The notes: generated by a model not told the origin, from the sequence alone. A stretch of DNA of 64,000 nucleotides from Eledone cirrhosa (GCA_964016885.1 OZ024763.1:10106001-10170000), one strand, 5' to 3'; positions 13,047-26,452 are shown, counted from the stretch's first letter. Numbers and translations are program-made.

Positions 13047-13466
13047 TATGTACTATACATACACCTTTGACGAGTTGTAGTGCACCTGAGCACTTTACAC
13101 AATAATTTCATTATTATTATTATCATTATTATTATATAATAAATAATGGTTTCTGTTAGGCACAAGGCCAACAACTTTAAGGAGGGGGATCACATATATA
13201 TATGTATATATACTCTGTAAAGTTATATTGGTATCACAAAAACTTCTAGCCCACACTGTAAAGTTGGTTGGTGTTAGGAAGGGCATCCAGCTGTAGAAAA
13301 TCAGCCAGAAACAGTCCTTTATGAGCGATATAGGGTCATGTGACCAAACTTGCTTCATATGAGACAAACCCGTCTAACCCATGCTAGCGTGGAAAATAGA
13401 CGTTAAACAATGATGATGATGATATATGAAAAGAAATGAAAAAATAAACAAAGGAAAATTGAATAT

Positions 13467-13472
13467 TTTATT
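13467..13472 (-). promoter_or_regulatory. Candidate polyadenylation signal of DJ-1
   Basis: AATAAA on the minus strand ~125 nt downstream of the stop codon. Confidence 0.45.
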
Positions 13473-13595
13473 GTTGTAGTATTAGTTGTGGTAGTTGTAG
13501 TTAGTGTTTTTGGTGTAGTGGTAGTTTTAGTGGCGGTGGTGATAATATAGTTGTTACAAATCAATATATTTGAAAGATCAATATAGTTGAGGTGT

Positions 13596-13756
13596 TTACA
13601 ATTTCAACAACATTGGAGCTACCAGAGACTGAGCCTTCTCCTCACTGTCCAAATGCTTGACAATGGCCAAAGCAAAGTCAAATGCTGTCCCAGGACCCCG
13701 ACTTGTCACTAGTCGACCATCCACCACAACACGATCTTCACTATAACTGTAGCCAC
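13596..13756 (-). CDS. PARK7: DJ-1/PARK7 coding exon 5 (last)
   Basis: (G)[35 protein letters not shown]...LLKL*. AG acceptor at 13757-13758. TSRGPGT is the DJ-1 signature. Confidence 0.95.
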
Positions 13757-13801
13757 CTAGAAGAGGAAAACAGAAACATATCAAAACATATTTTAGGCTC
13801 C

Positions 13802-15165
13802 TTAACTAACATTTACATTACTCTATATTTACTATTGTATTTTCACAGTAAAGACTTTACCTCACATATCCAGCCATCTATTTAAAGCTGTATACAGCTA
13901 TGGTACGGCCACACTTGGAATTCGCATCATCAGTCTGGAACCCCTATCTTGCTCAGAACATTGACCTCCTGGAAACTGTTCAGAGACGTGCAACCAAGCG
14001 AATACCCTCCATCAGACACCTACCATACTCTAAACGCCTTGCTTCCCTGGGCATGGATTCATTGAAGCTCCGACGTCTGGCAACTGAATTGGTAAACACC
14101 CACAAAGTTATTAACCATCTCGCCAACAACAACCCTGAGCACCTTTTTGATCTCCATGTGTCTAACACACGTGGACATGCCTACAAAGTCAGAAAACAGC
14201 ACAGCTCCCATGACTTTCGGAAACATTTTTTCATGCTTAGAGTTGCTGAAGCATGGAACCAACTACCTGCGTCAGTTGTTAGCTGCCGAGACACTGCATC
14301 CTTTAAAACACTCATGCTTCCCGAAATTCGCCAAAACTACACCTGATGTCTCCATTCCATGCACATGCACATGTGTATATCATGACTCATGCACTGTTCA
14401 TTTTCCTGACGTTTGTACATTACCCTATGTACTATACATACACTTTTGATGAGTTGTAGTGCACCTGAGCACTGTACAAAATATTTTCATTTCATTATTA
14501 TTATCAACTTTGCCTTTCATCCTTACGGGGTCGATAAAATAAAGTACCAGTAATGCACTGGGTAATTGCTGGCCTTGTGCCAAAAGTAGAACAATTATTA
14601 TTATTATTATTATTATCTCACATAACATTTACATTACTCTATACTATTGTATTTTCACAGTAAAGGCTTTACCTCACATATCTCACAACATTTACATTAC
14701 TCTATATATACTATTGTATTTTCACAGTAAAGGCTTTATCTCACATAACATTTATATTCCTCTATATATACTATTGTATTTTCACAGTAAAGGCTTTACC
14801 TCACATAATATGTCGCATAACATTTACATTACTCTATATATACTATTGTATTTTCACAGTAAAGACTTTATCTCACATAACATTTACATTACTCTATATA
14901 TACTATTATATTTTCACAATAAAGGCTTTACCTCACATAATATCTCGGATAAACATTTACATTACTCTATATATACTATTGTATTTTCACAGTAAAGGCT
15001 TTATCCTACATAATTATCTCACATAATATCGAATCTATGAGATTTTGATGAATTTTATTTTGAGAACAATACCTTAATGTCAGTTGAATGGCCTGTTACA
15101 GCCAGTTTGAACAGAAAGAGTTGAGAGAATTCTAGCCAGATATGGCTGGTTTAAATGCTAAAGGG
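13802..15165. mobile_element. piggyBac-type MITE disrupted by LINE and SINE insertions, with internal tandem expansion (14617-15020)
   Basis: Ends ...ATGCTAAAGGG|TTAA at 15165. Body homologous to intact copies at 44564-44771 and 52378-52588. Confidence 0.7.
13871..14503 (+). mobile_element. CR1/L2-like LINE 3' fragment with (ATT)n tail
   Basis: VRPHLEFASSVWNPY...VQRRATK...NTRGH. Same family as 11735-12850 and 41869-42415. Confidence 0.88.
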
Positions 15166-15789
15166 TTAAATGTCTGAAAATGGAACTAAAACAGGAATCT
15201 CAGTCAGCCCATGGCATGCAAACTACTTTTCTATGACCCAGTGCAGAAGAATTTTCATGACATTGGAAATTTGTCCCGGCTTTTATAATACTTATAGTAC
15301 AATTTATTGTAATTTTCCCATTTAATACAATAAAATGAAAAAAAAAAAAAAGAAATTTATCAACAGAAGAGGAAAAAAAATGGAATTTACCAAAAGTAAA
15401 AATGGAATTGAGGAAAAATTGAAACAGAACCCTACATTTTGTACTAATTCACATATCCCACCCACTATCATATGTGTATTTCATTTTGATGAAAACAAAA
15501 TAAATAGCAGCCCATCAGTTGTACTGCAGATTAGCATCATCATCATCATCATCGTTTAACGTCCATCTTCCACGCTAGCCTGGGTTAGATGGGATAACTG
15601 GTGGAAATCCAACCTCCCCACTCAACCCTTTGGCCCTTCTGTATCTACCCTTCAGGACTTAATGGCTCTTTTGCCTCAGAGTTTGAGATCCCTAATCAAA
15701 AATGTTAAAATTTGATTCTACTTTTAAACTGTTTGATACCAACCTACTTCAAACCACTTGTTTTTATAAAAGAAAATCATACATTTTAA

Positions 15790-15955
15790 CCCTTTAGCAT
15801 TTAAACCGGCCATATCTGGCCAGAATCCTCTCACTTCTTTCTGGTCAAACTGGCTGTAACCAGCCACTCATACTGACGTTAAGGTATTGTTCTCAAAATC
15901 TCATCTTACCATGGAAATACAATAGTAAATATAGAGTAATGTAAAAGTTAAAGGA
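15790..15955. mobile_element. piggyBac-type MITE (internally deleted)
   Basis: TTAA|CCCTTTAGCATT ... AAAGGA|TTAA. Confidence 0.75.
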
Positions 15956-16297
15956 TTAAAAGGTGGCCTTTGAAGTTAAAATCTGCCAAACCATCTTAAT
16001 AATGAAATACTAATTTTAGTAAATTCTTCCAAATTATTAAATGAAATACAGTGTATTTCATTAAAAATATGGTAATGACAGGGTTAAAGTGCTCCTATTT
16101 AAATTTAAATCTGCCAAAATAATTTTACATAAAAACCTTATGTTAAAAATACCATCTTAACTTGATTTAACTATCATATTTAGATCCCATTACTTTTACT
16201 GAGGTCCTTGCTCCCCTAATCACCCCACCAGCACCACCCTTACCATCACCATACCACCACCACCACCAGACAAAGTAGTGAGATGTTGAAAATATAC

Positions 16298-16381
16298 CTG
16301 TTGTCAGTTTCTCCTTGAAAGCTGGGTAAGAAGTTAGCTTTTTACCACTGCAGATCTTGTGGGATAACAGAGCTATGGGAC
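16298..16381 (-). CDS. PARK7: DJ-1/PARK7 coding exon 4
   Basis: (G)PIALLSHKICSGKKLTSYPAFKEKLTT(G). Canonical AG/GT ends, 84 bp, phases match neighbours. Confidence 0.93.
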
Positions 16382-16616
16382 CTACAACAGAGCAGAGAAT
16401 ATTAGTAGAGAGGGTATGGAGACAGTAGTAGAGAGAATGTGGGAGTTTATTATATATTAGGGGAGGGTAGATCTTACTACAATACAGCAGAGAATATCAT
16501 CATTAATGTTTATGTTTAACACAAGGGTTAGATAGGATGTCAAGTTATGAAACAAGTCAGGTGACCACGTCTTGCTCTTACACAACTGTTTCTGGCTTAG
16601 TTTCTAAGGCCAACCG

Positions 16617-17283
16617 CATTACAGGGTGGACTGGGTGCTGTTTTGTTGCATTACCAGCACAACCACATTGCAGGGTGGACTGGGTGCTGTTTTGTTGTAT
16701 TACCAGCATGACCACATTACAGGGTGGACTGGGTGCTGTTTTGTTGTATTACCAGCATGACGGGTGGACTGGGTGCTGTTTTGTTGTATTACCAGCATGA
16801 CCGCATTACAGGGTGGACTGGGTGCTGTTTTGTTGTATTACCAGCACAACCACATTGCAGGGTGGACTGGGTGCTGTTTTGTTGTATTACCAGCATGACC
16901 ACATTACAGGGTGGACTGGGTGCTGTTTTGTTGTATTACCAGCATGACCACATTACAGGGTGGACTGGGTGCTGTTTTGTTGTATTACCAGCATGACTAC
17001 ATTACAGGTGGACTGGGTGCTGTTTTGTTGTGTTACCAGCACGACCACATTGCAGGGTGGACTGGGTGCTGTTTTGTTACCAGCACAACCACATTACAGG
17101 GTGGACTGGGTGTTGTTTTGTTACTAGTACGACCACATTACAGGGTGGACTGGGTGTTGTTTTGTTACTAGTACGACCACATTGCAGGGTGGACTGGGTG
17201 TTGTTTTGTTACTAGTACGACCACATTGCAGGGTGGACTGGGTGCTGTTTTGTTGTGTTAGTAGCAGGACCACATTACAGGGT
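16617..17283. repeat. ~44-49-bp minisatellite
   Basis: Unit CAGGGTGGACTGGGTGCTGTTTTGTTGTATTACCAGCATGACCACATTA, ~14 copies. Confidence 0.9.
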
Positions 17284-17506
17284 GTCACAAAACTCAATTT
17301 TAAACTAACCATTGGTAACCATGGTAACACAAATAACCATTGGTAACCAAGGTAATGTGAGTAACCAGTGGTTACATGTGCCACTACCAGCCAGTGGTTA
17401 CATGTCTCAGAAGTGCCATCACCACTACCATAGAGTCACATGAGATAACAGTGATAGGTATTAATCAATAACCAATATATGTAGGAAGGTTTAAAAGTTG
17501 TTTTAC

Positions 17507-17576
17507 CTGCACAAATAGCAGCAATGACTCCATCTCCTTTCTCTTGTTCTTGGAGAAGAGTCTTCACTAACGACGA
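17507..17576 (-). CDS. PARK7: DJ-1/PARK7 coding exon 3 (contains the nucleophile-elbow Cys)
   Basis: SSLVKTLLQEQEKGDGVIAAICA(G), 70 bp, canonical splice sites. AAICAG corresponds to human Cys106. Confidence 0.95.
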
Positions 17577-17714
17577 CTGAAATTGGTAACACAGAACACT
17601 AGTAACAACACATATATATGATGATGATAATGATATATATGATGATGATATATATATATATATGATGATGATATATATATATATGATGATGAAATATATA
17701 TATATATATATATA

Positions 17715-17754
<40 letters not shown>

Positions 17755-18023
17755 ATGATATATATATATATATATATATATATGATGATGATGATATATA
17801 TATATATATATATGCAAAAGGCAAACAGAAATATAACAAAGCAAATACAGAAGAAATATATTAGTTTTATAGTTGATATAGTAAGAACAGAGTCTTAACG
17901 TTTTGGACACTAGTCCATCAGAAAATAGAATGGAAAAGGAATAGAAAAATAGGAGAGTGAGAATGGCAGAAACAAAAGAAAGAATTTCTTTGAAGAAAAT
18001 CCAGTCTATTCAGGCTACCATAA

Positions 18024-18054
<31 letters not shown>

Positions 18055-18061
18055 CATATAT

Positions 18062-18388
18062 GGAGGCACATGGCTTAGTGGTTAGAGCATTGGCCTTGCA
18101 ATCGAAAGGTTGTGAGTTCAATTCTCAGACCAGGTGATGTGTTGTTTCCTTGAGCAAGAGACTTTATTTCACATTGCTCCAGTTTACTCAGCTGTAGAAA
18201 TGAGATGATAGGGAATGGGGTCTCTATCATTCCACTGCAAAGTGGTCGTGGAGGTGCCACGGCAAAAAAGCACCCAGCACTCACTGTAAATGAGGTTGGT
18301 GTTAGGAAGGGCATCCAGCTGTAGAAATCAAGCCAGAATCAGTTCCCGTCCCACCCTTGCAAGCAGGGAAAAGCGGATGTAAAATGAA
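18062..18388 (+). mobile_element. tRNA-derived SINE family B with RTE-type 3' tail
   Basis: A-box TGGCTTAGTGG, B-box GAGTTCAATTC, central CCTTGAGCAAG domain, tail CCCACCCTTGCAAGCAGGGAAAAGCGGATGTAAAATGA. Opposite-strand copy at ~60862-61208. Confidence 0.85.
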
Positions 18389-20842
18389 AAAAAAAAAAAA
18401 AAAATATATATACACACACATAGATATATACATATACATCATTTAATGTCCATCTTCCACGCTAGCATGGGTTAGACGGTTTTGTTCCATTTGATGCAGG
18501 ATTGGTCAGGAGACGTGTCTCGCTCGTACGGAAGTGTCTCTGGCAGGTTTTCTATGGCTGGATGCCCTTCCTAACACCAACCACCTATATAGTGAGGACT
18601 GGGAGCCTTTTCACTGTGTCTCCTACACGGCCACCTTACAGTGTGGACTGTTGTGTCATCGACAGTGGACGGAACAGGAGAGGGAGGGTGGGTAGGGTGT
18701 GGCGGTGGGGTGTACATTGAGTTAAGAGGTGCCTACTGACTGTAGGTTTGTATACAATGGTAGTCGGGTCTTCTGTACAACTGCATGGTGTCAAAGATCT
18801 CGATCCAGTGTCATTGTCTTAGAAAGGAGTAAGTGAGCAAGGTCAGTTTTTATCACCTCATCCCAGGTTTTCCTTGGTCTACCCACTCCGTAGCTTCCAT
18901 CAATGTTCATTGCCCTGCACTTTTTTATACAGCTGTCGTCCTTCATACGCATCACATGTCCATACCAATGCAATCTCCTCTCCAGAACACAACATTTAAT
19001 CAGTGACAATGGTTTATTCCCATATACCACAAACAGCAAGTTATTTTACTTAAGTTGCTATTAGTTAGCATAAACCGTAGGAATCATCAGAGTTGAATTA
19101 AAATCCAAAACAATTGATACAATCATCATCATCATCATCTCAATACAAATTATTTAAAAACAACAGATGATAGATATCACTTATCTAATTAAGTAGCAGG
19201 TCACAATTACAGGGTGTTAGACGTATTAAACTATTTAAATGTTATTTGGTAGAGTAGTAACTTTCTAATAATGAATTGGAAGTTATACAGTTTTATCAAA
19301 GCAATATTCATAGTTTGTGAAAAGAATCCATCAAATTGAACAGGGTTAAAGTTGTAAGATATTTACTGCAGACTTAACATCATATAAGGAAACATGAAAT
19401 TATTTGGAGTGAATATATATATATGTATATATATTTGTTTCTACTTTTGGCACAAAGCCAGCAATTATCCCAGTGCATTACTGGTACTTTATTTTATCGA
19501 CCCCATAAGGATGAAAGGCAAAGTAAACCTTGGTGGGATTTGAACTCAGAATGGCAAGGGCCATAACTATACGTCAAAGCATGGCGTCCGATCATTAATA
19601 TTTAAGTTGTTACAGAGATGTTATAAAGACTATAATAATTATTAAATAATCAATATTTGACTAGATATAAAAGGAATATATTAATATATATAAATTTTCT
19701 AATATTTATGTATTTCAGAATACTAGGGCAAGGGAGGTAAAATACTGGTGTTAGAGTTACAAAGCAAACTTTTAATTTCGCATTATTAAATATTATTGCT
19801 AAGTAAATATATTTGAATTATGTTTATCATTTATACTAAGTATCTTATATATGGCAATGAGGTATATGTGTGTAAGATATTTAAGAAAATTAATAAATTA
19901 TATAGAAATAGTGTAATATAAGTTAAGGTCAAACAAAGGAGATGAGATGAGATAAGATAATATATTGTAGGTTTAGATTTAATGATGAGCTGAGATTCAA
20001 AGAGGTATAATCTACATATTGTTAAGTTTATAAGAGGAGGATCTACCTAATATTTCCCAATTCAATGTATATGATATGTCTTAAATTTTAATTCCTATGT
20101 TTTAATTTAGGTTTTCTAAAAGATTGAAGATGGGAATTAAATCTTGTTTTGAAACTATTTGAGGTAGGTCCCATGTAAAGAGGTGTTAACTGTACAACCA
20201 TATACTATATTATCAGTTAAATAATTACAGCTAAGTGGGCATAGTGTCTTGTTTCCACAGTTACAATTTGGATGAATTATAGCGTTAGTATGAGGGATTA
20301 TAGATCTTAAGTTAATATTTATAGAGTTAGAAGCAATTTGTATGTTATTCATAGTAGCAGGTAGTGGCTTATTGATATTATTATTTGGAAGGTTGTTTTG
20401 GTTGGATGTATTCAATAGCTGTGTGTTATTATTCGGTTTAAAGGATTTGGAGCGTTTTTTGATTTTCCTATTGTAAAGGCTATATAAGGTTTGGTTGAGA
20501 AAGAGTTTAATTGTATTTTTATTAATTAGATTATGGTATCTATGTTCAGGTGGGAAGTTCCTATCTATTATAAAGAAAAATAGTTTGGTATGTTAGTAGA
20601 TATATTTAAACTGAATGGTGGGTTAAACGTGTTTAATCTTCTACGATTTATTTTTATTTTTATCTTGGCTTATGTTCATATTTTGGTTAATCATGTGTGT
20701 GGATATATCAGTGGTTTTGGGTGGTTATATTTAATGTTAATATTACATTGGGTTATAGGTTTTATATGGGGATTATTAGATCTAGATATATGAGTGTATA
20801 TTTTAATGTCCATGCTATATTATTATTATTATCTATACTAAG

Positions 20843-21030
20843 GGTGGTGACTTGGCAGTATTGGTAGAGGGTCAGACATGCTTTCCAGCGTAGTTACGTC
20901 CCTTTACGATCTGAGTTCAAATCCCGCCGAGGTTAACTTTGCCTTTTATCCTTACAGGGTCGATAAAATAAAGTACCAGTAATACACTGGGTAATTGCTG
21001 GCCTTGTGCCAAAAGTAGAAACAATTATTA
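20843..21030 (+). mobile_element. tRNA-derived SINE family A, full length
   Basis: A/B boxes and core as at 12858. Flanked by the direct repeat TTATTATCTATACTA. Confidence 0.85.
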
Positions 21031-21431
21031 TCTATACTATTGGTGTTTTGTGTTTATGTATTATTTTTTCATTGCCATATTGTACGATATCATATGTGGC
21101 CTTCTCATTACCATTTATATATTTAATTTTATCAGTGTAGCCAGACGGAGATAAAGTATCATTATAATATGATGCATTTAGGTTAAAGACAGTTTCATTA
21201 AGAGATCATGTACTAATTCTATTAGATATACTTTAGCTATTGAATTAAGTATTGCTTTAGAGTGGGTTGATTTCTTAACTTAGAAGAGTTGTTCGCCTGG
21301 TTTATGCTATGGTCTATTAGTGCCTGTTTGGAGATCTAGTCACATCTACAGTTATACTTAGGTTATTACTTTTAAAGAATTTATGTAATTCCTTCTAGTT
21401 CTTTCTATGTTGTGCTTTTTATACTCTAAAG

Positions 21432-21745
21432 CAGGGGTTCTCAACCTTTTTTTCGCTGTGGACCACCAAAATAAGTAATTTTTTCCTGTGGACCACCTAA
21501 ACTTTTAATTCTTTTGTAATAGAACTGCTACTTATAAGCATCAGTAGATGTTTTTTTTCAATGAATTAGAAAATGCTATTATGTCGCAGTGCCTAAAAAT
21601 CTACGCCAATAAACAGCTGAAGTCGTACTTATGCAAAGAATAAGAACAGCGCTTTAAGTCAAATGCATGGAACAAAAAAGAATTTGCTATTGAAAATTTT
21701 CTGTGGACCACTAGTGGTCCACATGGACCAGGTTGGGAACCCCTG
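21432..21745. mobile_element. hAT (Charlie-like) MITE
   Basis: TIR CAGGGGTTCTCAACC / GGTTGGGAACCCCTG. 8-bp TSD CTCTAAAG / CTCTGAAG. Confidence 0.88.
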
Positions 21746-22351
21746 CTCTGAAGCAAAAAGAGTATCATTTCGGTATAAACCACCCTTTAAGTATGGGACA
21801 GTCTTACTTATTTCCCTCAAATATAATCTGACTAAATCAGTGACTTGGGCTGAATCACTGGACCCCAAATTATTAGGCATATTATTACATGTCCATAAAC
21901 TACCTTCAAATTCTATTATAGTTTTACAAGCTGCTAAAATTATATCAATTTGGGATCTAGTAAGGTCACTTAGTTTCATTGCCACTATAAGAGCCCAGTT
22001 CAGTAAATTAGGGTATACAGATGTGTAATAGATGTTAATATCAATTTGGATGAATTTATTAGATTTTTTATATTCAAGCTTATTAAACCAATCAATACCT
22101 TCATTAGTGTTACCTCAAAGATTAAACAGTATTTTTTGTTTTATTGTGGGAGTGTGTCTAAAATCCTTTTACTAATTTTTCCTATATCAGATTTAGAAGA
22201 GCATATTAATCTTATTGATGGGTTAGTGTGGAAATCTTTATGATCGGTTCAGTATATTTTTCTAAATTTAACTTTTTAACAATGGATTGTCCTTCTATAT
22301 TAATTTAATTTAGGTTATTGATAGTGATTTTCCTATAATTCTTATATATAA

Positions 22352-22640
22352 ATAGAATGTAGTGTGCGAGAGAGGAGACTGAGGTGGTATGGACATGTGA
22401 TGCGCATGGAGGATGACCGATGGGTGAAGAAGTGCCAGGAAATGCCAGTTGAAGGAAGACGTGGTAGAGGTAGACCACGAAAAACATGGGCAGAGGTGGT
22501 GAGAACAGACCTCAGATCATTGAAGCTCACGGTGGAGATGACGAAGGACCGTGACGAGTGGAGAGATGCTGTGCTGAATAAGACCCGTCCCACCCTTGCA
22601 AGCAGGGAAAAGCGGACGTAAAATGATGCTGATTATGATG
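22352..22640 (+). mobile_element. RTE-clade LINE 3' fragment
   Basis: ORF 22364-22621 [14 protein letters not shown]...GRPRKTW, followed by a GAT tail. Confidence 0.85.
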
Positions 22641-22871
22641 ATAAATGTTCTACGAGTTAACCATAATTTTATCATGTTTATCATGTGACTGCTCTATTTT
22701 ACCATCCTGTCCAGTCAGCGGATTACCCACGGACCTCGAATAATTGATATATATATATATATATCCAAACCCATGCAAGCGTGGAAGATGGACGTTAAAT
22801 GATGATGATGATGATGATATATATAGGCAGTAATGAAGAGTTGAATATTTAATTAAAAAAAGATTGTTTAC

Positions 22872-23033
22872 CTCTGCAATAAGTTCTGAGCCCTTCAATC
22901 CTCCAGGAATAACAACTGCATCATACTTGGTCTTAACAATTGCTTGTTGAAGACTTTTATCTGGTACAATAACTGTATCTCTACTACACTTGACCGGGTC
23001 AGCACCACTGAGGCCTGCCACTGTGACAGATAC
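22872..23033 (-). CDS. PARK7: DJ-1/PARK7 coding exon 2
   Basis: VSVTVAGLSGADPVKCSRDTVIVPDKSL...YDAVVIPGGLKGSELIAE, 162 bp, canonical splice sites. Confidence 0.95.
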
Positions 23034-23244
23034 CTAGGTTAGACAAGAGACAAAGATTTGAGACACAAACATTTATATATAGCACAGATGAGGTGAGAGA
23101 AAAACTGAGCATAACAGGAATCTAATGTAGTATGGAAGAGAGAGGAGGCCGAGCTGGTATAGACATGTGATGTATAATAGATGATGATTGCTGGATGAAA
23201 TGCCTGGTGAGAGCTGATTTCACTGAAGCTCACAGAGAAAAAGG

Positions 23245-24000
23245 TCAAACTCCCAGTGAGGTTCGGTGGCCTCGGCCTCCAATCAGCTTCAGACATAGCT
23301 TTACTTGCCTACCTCTATCTCCTCCAGTTGCGCTCTCATCAGCGAGATTCTCAGTCAGACGGCTGAACCTGACCTTCTTGATGAGTGCACTCGAATCGAA
23401 GTAACCCAACGCCGTAGCCTCTGCGTGTGTGAGCCACATAAATGTCGCTACTAGGCGGTTGTTGACAAGTTTGGCCTGCACCCTCTGTCTTTCTGCCAGA
23501 GTACAGGCCGGTTCCCCTGACACACCGCTCTCAACGATATACTGAGAAGAAGCCTGGACGCAGTTGGCTTTCCATCTCAACTGGAGCCAGCAGGCTAGAC
23601 TGCGGAGATGGCAAGCGTCCTGACGGAATCACCCTCTTCCCATTCGAAGGAGGTAGATCCCTCATCTGGGATGCCACCTGCTGCGACACATTTTCCACCT
23701 GCAACTTAGTCGCTTCGACCACAAACCCCGGCATTGCAGAAGAATGTAAAATAAACAAATACCAGGGTTTGTCCAGCCGCCGTCATGACCTCAAGCATAT
23801 TTGGACCCCCGTACTGCTGAGTTCCTCCGCAAGATTGGAACGTCGGTAGCCCGTCTGAGGAAGGATCCCCGCAAAGTCACTGGCCATCGTCTTTTGCCGT
23901 CTTGTCAGAGGGGCGCAGCACTTCTGCTGCCTTGCCCTAGGCCCAATCACCCTTCCCCTCTCTTCTGCGACACCAGAGCTCTTGCCATCCCTTCCCTTCT
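23245..24000 (+). mobile_element. CRE-like non-LTR retrotransposon 3' fragment (restriction-like endonuclease)
   Basis: + strand reads RLDCGDGKRPDGITLFPFEGGRSLIWDATCCDT, a PD..D RLE motif. Confidence 0.7.
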
Positions 24001-24332
24001 CAATTTTTTTTCTTTATTTCCCTATTCTTTTTTTTTTTTTTCCCCTTACTAAATAAGGTTTGTTTTTTGCTTTTGAATAATTTTGTGAAAGATATTTCTA
24101 AATATTTTAGGAATAAAGCTGAGCATTAAATTGATTACTAAAATAATCTTAATGCCGATGTATTTGTGTGTATGTCTACTGTCAATTTACGTCCTGTAAC
24201 TTAACAGTTCGACAAATAGAAATTAATAAAAAAAAAAAGTTCTAAACGTACAAAAATAAAAAAAAATAATAGCTACTAAGGCTGATATGGTGGACCAAAT
24301 TCCTTCTATGTGGTGCCCCAGCATGATCACAG

Positions 24333-24520
24333 TCTGTAAAAGTATGAGTGCTGCAGTATGGCCACAATCTAATGTTTGAAGCCTGTAAAAGTATGAGTGC
24401 TGCAGTATGGCCACAATCTAATGATTGAAGCCTGTAAAAGTATGAGTGCTGCAGTATGGCCACAATCTAATGATTGAAGCCTGTAAAAGTATGAGTGCTG
24501 CAGTATGGCCACAATCTAAT
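24333..24520. repeat. 49-bp minisatellite, ~4 copies
   Basis: Unit CTGTAAAAGTATGAGTGCTGCAGTATGGCCACAATCTAATGATTGAAGC. Confidence 0.9.
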
Positions 24521-24872
24521 GAGAAACCAAGGCTAAAAATTGAAGAAACTAAAGTTGGTTTAAGGTCAAGGTCATTCTATGAAAATAAGAAACGAACTTT
24601 AAAACAACTGAAATACAAATAAATGGTAGGAGAAAGAAGCTGGCCATTGTAGAATGTCGGTGAGAAATATAGCGAAGATATTGACCGGCCACTGTCACTG
24701 TAGAATGTAGTGACAGGTAAGACAAGGTGAAAGTGGTACGCTATAGTCAAAGACTACCATCAATGTCGTTATTCGCAGTTTACAAAGATGTCGTTGTTTG
24801 GAGAAAAACAGACGACAGCGTGCGCGCGTGCGTGCGTGTATGTGTGTGTGTGTCTATACATATATATATGTG

Positions 24873-24915
<43 letters not shown>

Positions 24916-25185
24916 ATCTATATATATATATATATATGTGTGTGTATGTGAGACAAGATGTTTGAGGGCTTGTCAAGACTGTCCTGCAGGGAACAATACG
25001 AGGAGGAAGGAAGAGAGGCAGACAGAGAAAGAGATGGGACGACAACATCCCGGAGTGGACAGGCATGAAGTGGTGTGAAACCATGAGGAAGGCGGAGAGG
25101 CGAGAGCAATGGAAGGAGCTGGTTAGCAGGTCATCTGTGGCGTCCCAAAGGTCCACTAGACTACGGGACAGATAACAGATGACAG

Positions 25186-25270
<85 letters not shown>

Positions 25271-26181
25271 GAAAAATTGAACAGGGACAGAACAGAGAGG
25301 CAGTACGATAAATGTTTATTAAATTCACGCTCAGGAGAGTGGGGGGTAGGTGATATATATATATATATATATATAATATATATATATTAATAATATATAT
25401 AATATATAATATATATATATTAATAATATATAATAATATATAATATATATATATTAATAATATATATAATATATAATATATATATACACACACACAAATA
25501 AAGATTCAGCGAGAATCGCATTTTCGGTGGGCTGGAAAAGCGAAGCGAAACGCAAAAATCAGAAATGATACTGGCAAAGTGCTCAATATATTCAATATAT
25601 ATATATTTATTAAAATAACAGATTAAAGTTTAAGCAAAGAATCGCTGCTTTCACCCTTAATGGGATCTTCTGATTAATAAATATTTGCTCTACGGTTCTT
25701 ATATATCTGATATATATTTATCCTTATCGAGCCCTCTTTGGAGTTTAGTCTTCAAATTTATTATTATTACTATATATATATATATATATAGTAATAATAA
25801 TAAATTAGAAGACTAATATATATATATATATATATATAATTCTCGGACCGGGTGATGTGTTGTGTCCTTGAGCAAGACACTTTATTTCAAGTTGTTCCAG
25901 TTTACTCAGATGAAAATGAGTACCAGCAATAGCTGGAGGTTTAACCCTGCGATGGACTGGCGTCCTGTCCAGGGGGGAGTCTTGTACTCTCAGTCGCTTC
26001 ACGCCATGAAACCCCGGATAAGCACCGGCCAAATTAGCCTTCTGGCTTAAGACAGACTTTTAGACACATATACATACATACATACCAGGGGTATATACAT
26101 ACCATATGTATATACTACCCAGGAAATATTCAACTGATGAGGTATGATTTCCTTGGCTATGTCAAAATTTATAAAACACTG

Positions 26182-26244
26182 TATTTTATCTGATGAAAGC
26201 GTACCAAAGTTTTTTGGTACCCTTGAAATATATATAATAGAATA
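26182..26244 (+). ncRNA. Minimal type-I hammerhead ribozyme motif (Penelope-type)
   Basis: TATTTTAT-CTGATGA-[AAGCGTACCAAA..TTTGGTACCCTT stem II]-GAAA-TATATA-TA-ATAGAATA. Core, stem I and palindromic helix III are all present. Confidence 0.75.
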
Positions 26245-26295
26245 AATATGGTTTTATAAATATAGTTTCCATTTATTTAATATCATTGAATTATG

Positions 26296-26327
<32 letters not shown>

Positions 26328-26421
26328 TGCGTGTGGTCCCTCACAAAAGGAGTCCGTCTCACCCATGCTAGCGTGGAAGATGGACGTTAAACGCTGATAT
26401 GTGTATATATGAATATGTATG

Positions 26422-26452
<31 letters not shown>

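Larger units (their letters stand above)
19900..22340 (-). mobile_element. Degenerate Penelope-like element (RT plus GIY-YIG linker remnant)
   Basis: CNCGNKTLCPLSCNYLTDNIVYGCTV resembles the PLE pre-GIY-YIG motif. The RT-like segment (LGSSDSAQVTDLV...GGLYRND) is interrupted by a hAT MITE. Confidence 0.65.

Noticed and set aside
18062-18135. tRNA-like sequence with A and B boxes
   Set aside because: Head of a SINE that continues into the SINE body and tail; not a tRNA gene.
25640-25816. Minus-strand CAGAAGA...GAAA motif and short palindrome around (TA)n
   Set aside because: Core is mutated and stem I does not pair; too degenerate to call.
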